Shown here: positions 60,484 to 64,000 of the stretch, piece by piece | How positions within the stretch are numbered: position 1 is the first letter of the stretch | How the letters are laid out: every line of letters starts with the position of its first letter | Origin: Heterodontus francisci | Taxonomy: Eukaryota | Length of the DNA: 64,000 bases | NCBI RefSeq assembly: GCF_036365525.1 | Contig: NC_090393.1 | Coordinates: forward strand, 54,762,488 to 54,826,487 | Direction: 5' to 3' | Notes under the pieces: model-generated | Database searches by the model: none | What the model saw: only the letters and a program-made list of their open reading frames with translations | What the model was told of the DNA's origin: nothing | Made by a program: the position numbers and the translations under genes

Positions 60484-63256
60484 CTAGAAAGAAAAGTAGA
60501 AACAACGTGTAAAGATCTACTCTAAAATCGATGTGAAAAGTCGAAATTCAACGTTTTACTCTTTATTTTTTTAATTTGATATCACTTAAGAGGTTACGCT
60601 GAGAAATTGATAGCTTCCTTTAGCTAGTCATATAGGGGACATAGATCAAGAAAACATTATAACCAATTGAAGAAAATCCGAGGGTTCTGTACAGCTAGAA
60701 AAGGAAATCTGAAAGTTTAATTACTCTTACTTGGATCAAGTCCTGAAGCTTGGAGGTTTGCTTTCTTTAAATTTCCTTTTAATGTGTTGTCCGAACTTAC
60801 GACGAATATTTCGATGCAAGTTTAAGAACGCTCAACTGCGCCAACTTTCTTGGTTGTTGCATAGAATTTACAGCACAGAAATAGGCCATTCACCCCAACT
60901 GGTATATGCCAATGTTTATGCTCCACACAAGTCTACCCAACACTGCTTCATCTATCCCTATCTGTACATCTTTCTATCCCTATCCCTCCCATGTACTTAT
61001 CTAGCTCCCCCTTAAAGGTATTACGCTATTCCCCTCAGCTGCCTCATGTGATGCATTTTACCCACTCTCTGGGTAAAGAACTTTGTCCTGGATTTATTCG
61101 TGACTATGAAATATTTACAGCCCTCTGGTTTTGGATTACCACGCAAATGGAATTTTCTTTTCTACTTCTACACTATCAAACCCACTCATACGTTTACAGA
61201 CCTCTATTAGGTCTCGCATCAGCCTTCGTTTTTATAGAGAAAAGAGCCCCAGTCTGTGTAAACTTTCCGCGTTTATTCAGCCTTTTCAGTCAGCTACAAT
61301 TTGGGTGCTGGGACTTCTCTCGCACCCGGGCAGAGTCAATCTAGAGTCGTTGTTGGGTGTAAACGCTGCCAGTATTTCAGCTTTTCGTTGCCTGTTCACG
61401 CAAGGAACCGTCTTCTGCAGAAAACTCAGCTGTTTCTGTTTGTTTATACTAAAAAGAATAACGAACAGCATTATATAGCACCTCATCAGGTCTCACATAT
61501 ATGACTTTGAAGCACAGTGATAGTAAGCGTAAACAAAGCAAGAAGCTACTAATACCAAACCGTTTCTTTCGAGGCAATGTTTAATGTAGAGGTGGAGGTA
61601 TGAGCTATGTTTTCTGCTGTTTCACGAATAATGCAACGGGTTCATCAACATCCACTTGAACAGGAATGTGGGACTCTGTTCCTGGCGTCATCCAAAGGAA
61701 GGCACTGCTGAAAGTGCTCCACCCACTACATATCACTATTTCCTCTTGTCAGGACTCCATAAAACAAGGAAGCAAGATCTTAAAACTAGAGCTAGGCCAT
61801 TAAAGAGTGAAATCGGGAAGCATTTTTTCGCACAAATAGTATTGGAAATCTGAAACTGAACCCCGAATCGTTGTGCCTGTTCGGTAAATTTAGATTTTCG
61901 AGACTGAGATCGATAGATCTTTGTACGGTAAGGGTATCAAGGGATAGGGACCAAAGGCGGATAAAATTAGTCATGGTACATATTAGGCATGATCAATTGA
62001 TTGGTGGAAGTAGCTCCAGGGGTTCAATCGCATTCTCCTGCTTCTAGTTCCGATGTAACTCCTGGGAAAAGGGCTTAAACCCAAAGTTTTCTGATCCAGA
62101 CATGAGAAAGTTACCGCCTGAGGCAAACCAAGGACAGACTTGTAAATTACTCGTTTAAAATTGTTTTTGAAATTTACCTCATAGCAGAGAAATCTTGAAT
62201 GGCAGAATTTATCATTGTTACAGTATGTAGCTAAATATTCCAATTACAATACCCTTCGAGTCTTTCGGGTTATTTAAATGGTTTTACCTTCTCTACTGAC
62301 ATAAATAAATACATTTTAGAAGCAGGAACAATTATTCTATTGCTGATCCCGTGGTAGTATTGATACACAATGAAGCAGATTCGAAGGTACTGAATCTACC
62401 AGACCATCCATAATGTCGGCGTGGGATCAAACACCGATGATTATTGCAATAAGCATTCAAAAATAAAGTTGGAAAAGGAGCGTCAGGTCTTTGTTTTCAT
62501 GCACATTCAGGTACATTCAGCTAACTTGGGTAGACAAAACAGCAAAAAACGTGTGGCTAAATCCGGGAAACCTCTGGAAAATTTATCCGGAACTCTTGAA
62601 GGCATTCAGGCAAGTCCCCAGAGATCAGTTACCCAGGACGCATCATTTGACCTAATGAAGTTCATCTCTGTCCAACCAATATTTCCCATTTCCAGTAAAA
62701 ACATAGAACTGTACAAGAGAAAAAAACGTCCGTCTCCACCCATAAGATCTTTCCAAAGGCAACAAATCACTCATCCCATTTTTTATCCCTGGTAACATCA
62801 ATATCCCTGTAATTCGGGGATTACAAAATATTTCATGATAACGTCTTCACTTAATGTGTTTTTTTTACAACTCTGCACGGGTCATTAAGCGCAGCTGAAC
62901 CAGTCACAAGTATGAACTATTTTTAATACCGTCTGATACAGATTGACCAATGCTTTATGAAATACATTTCGAACCAGCAAGGCATTGTGATTGAATTGGT
63001 GCAGGCTCAATTGCACCCAGGACAAAATAATTATTCAGAAGCTTTCGGAACTTCACCCATATTATTGTAAATATTATACGACAGTTTCTTGAGCATTTGG
63101 CAAACAGAATAGAAGCGCGCATTCCTCTAAATACCAGGAGAGAATGGGAGAATTATCAATATATGTTCGAACTCATTTCACTACAAGTGGATTAAGCTGA
63201 AACGTGAAAACTCGTACTTCAAGAATCCCCGTTGTACATAGCAAAACATTACTTAC

Positions 63257-63607
63257 TGCCCAGATTCAGTTTAGTTCCTTTCCCGAAAGTGAATTCCCCA
63301 GCACTGGAATCCCAGGCAACACAATAATAGTCAGCGGTATCCCCGGATTGTACATCGGTGATGGTTAAATGCATAACGTTGCTCGACGTGTTCCTGGATC
63401 CAGTGAATCGATCAGGAATCCCCGAACCCCTGGTGGAATCATAGTCCCGCCAAACAAAGACAGGGGCACTGCCGGGTTTCTGCCAGTACCAGCTCGTGTA
63501 GTAGGTGCCCATGCTGCCTCCGGATATGGTGCAAGTGATTTTAACGGTTTTTCCCTGTGAAGTTGACATAGACGCTGGCTGAGTTAGTACAGTACCCGCG
63601 TTGGTAC
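63257..63607 (-). CDS. Ig light chain gene 2 fused V-J exon (open frame)
   Basis: Acceptor TTTTCACTAG|; conserved C/W/YYC/FGKG; donor A|GTAAGT; no RSS. Confidence 0.95.
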
Positions 63608-63739
63608 CTAGTGAAAAGATAAGTGACTTCAGTAAAACCCTGGAAAGTAATTGTAATTCAGATCCGTCCAACTCAAGTACCGCACCCGATCAGCGTAAAT
63701 ACAAAGAGATGTAAAAGACGTTTACAGTTCCATACTTAC

Positions 63740-63788
63740 ATTGCAAACAGAGCATCAGGGCGGTAAGAACACGAAGCCACTCACTCAT
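63740..63788 (-). CDS. Ig light chain gene 2 leader exon
   Basis: MSEWLRVLTALMLCLQ, donor T|GTAAGT; 49 nt, as in gene 1. Confidence 0.92.
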
Positions 63789-63913
63789 TTTGGGGATTTT
63801 TTTTATCAAGGTCAGAACAAAGTGTTTCCCTACTCGAACCTAATGATCGGCACCTTCTAAATCTCTCCTTAAGAACATTTAAACAGGAGAATATCAGGTC
63901 ACCTTTATTATTT

Positions 63914-63921
63914 ATGCAAAT
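63914..63921 (-). promoter_or_regulatory. Octamer ATTTGCAT of the gene 2 V promoter
   Basis: ATGCAAAT on + strand, ~125 nt upstream of the ATG. A downstream TTAAGGAG..TTTAGAA motif is shared with the gene 1 promoter. Confidence 0.85.
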
Positions 63922-64000
63922 TTATACACGTTGCGGCAGTTCATTGGATCCTTGGAATTGGTCTGATTGACGTTTTCATACAGCGAATTTTAGCCAACAT

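Larger units (their letters stand above)
60161..63788 (-). pseudogene. IgL: Second germline-joined type II/lambda Ig light chain gene with a premature stop in C; exons 63788-63740, 63607-63257, 60483-60161
   Basis: MSEWLRVLTALMLCLQC-TNAGTVLTQPASMSTSQGKTVKITC...DYYCVAWDSSAGEFTFGKGTKLNLGN-PRGPSVSVLPP...SHEL*SCVVKHETQAKPLKTSIARSSCI*. Splice sites intact; TAG at 60235-60233 where gene 1 has TAC. Confidence 0.88.

Noticed and set aside
61513-61541. RSS-like CACAGTG + 13 nt + ACAAAGCAA in the J-C intron of gene 2, oriented like a J-RSS
   Set aside because: The nonamer matches only 5/9 with an off-by-one spacer, and the adjacent sequence encodes no FGxG J motif or splice donor; likely chance.
60731-62795. 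Several 60-124 aa ORFs in the gene 2 J-C intron
   Set aside because: No recognisable domains; they overlap decayed CR1 3' fragments and are of a length expected by chance.

Overview
Repeat-rich vertebrate genomic DNA, almost certainly from a cartilaginous fish (shark-type V-SINEs, CR1/L2 LINEs, Penelope, Harbinger and Gypsy elements). It contains two immunoglobulin light-chain clusters of the elasmobranch type II/lambda isotype, arranged tail-to-tail about 36 kb apart. Each has an octamer promoter, a leader exon, a V-J exon already joined in the genome (no RSS) and a C exon. Gene 1 (+, 20199-24073) is intact. Gene 2 (-, 63788-60161) has a single TAC>TAG nonsense change two codons before the second C-domain cysteine. 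The two genes show patchy identity (C exon about 94%, one 45-nt perfect CDR1/FR2 block), suggesting gene conversion between clusters. The rest is nested transposon decay inside a segmental duplication (1-~8.8 kb vs 30.4-~38.7 kb, plus a third, older partial copy at 41.4-43 kb). The duplicated unit carries a Gmr1-type Gypsy element (PR-INT-RT-RH order, SCAN-like gag) inserted into a Harbinger transposase. Behind its 5' LTR lies a tandem array of ~35-nt units, each made of the LTR end plus a tRNA-Pro primer-binding site. Several Penelope termini carry minimal hammerhead ribozyme motifs.
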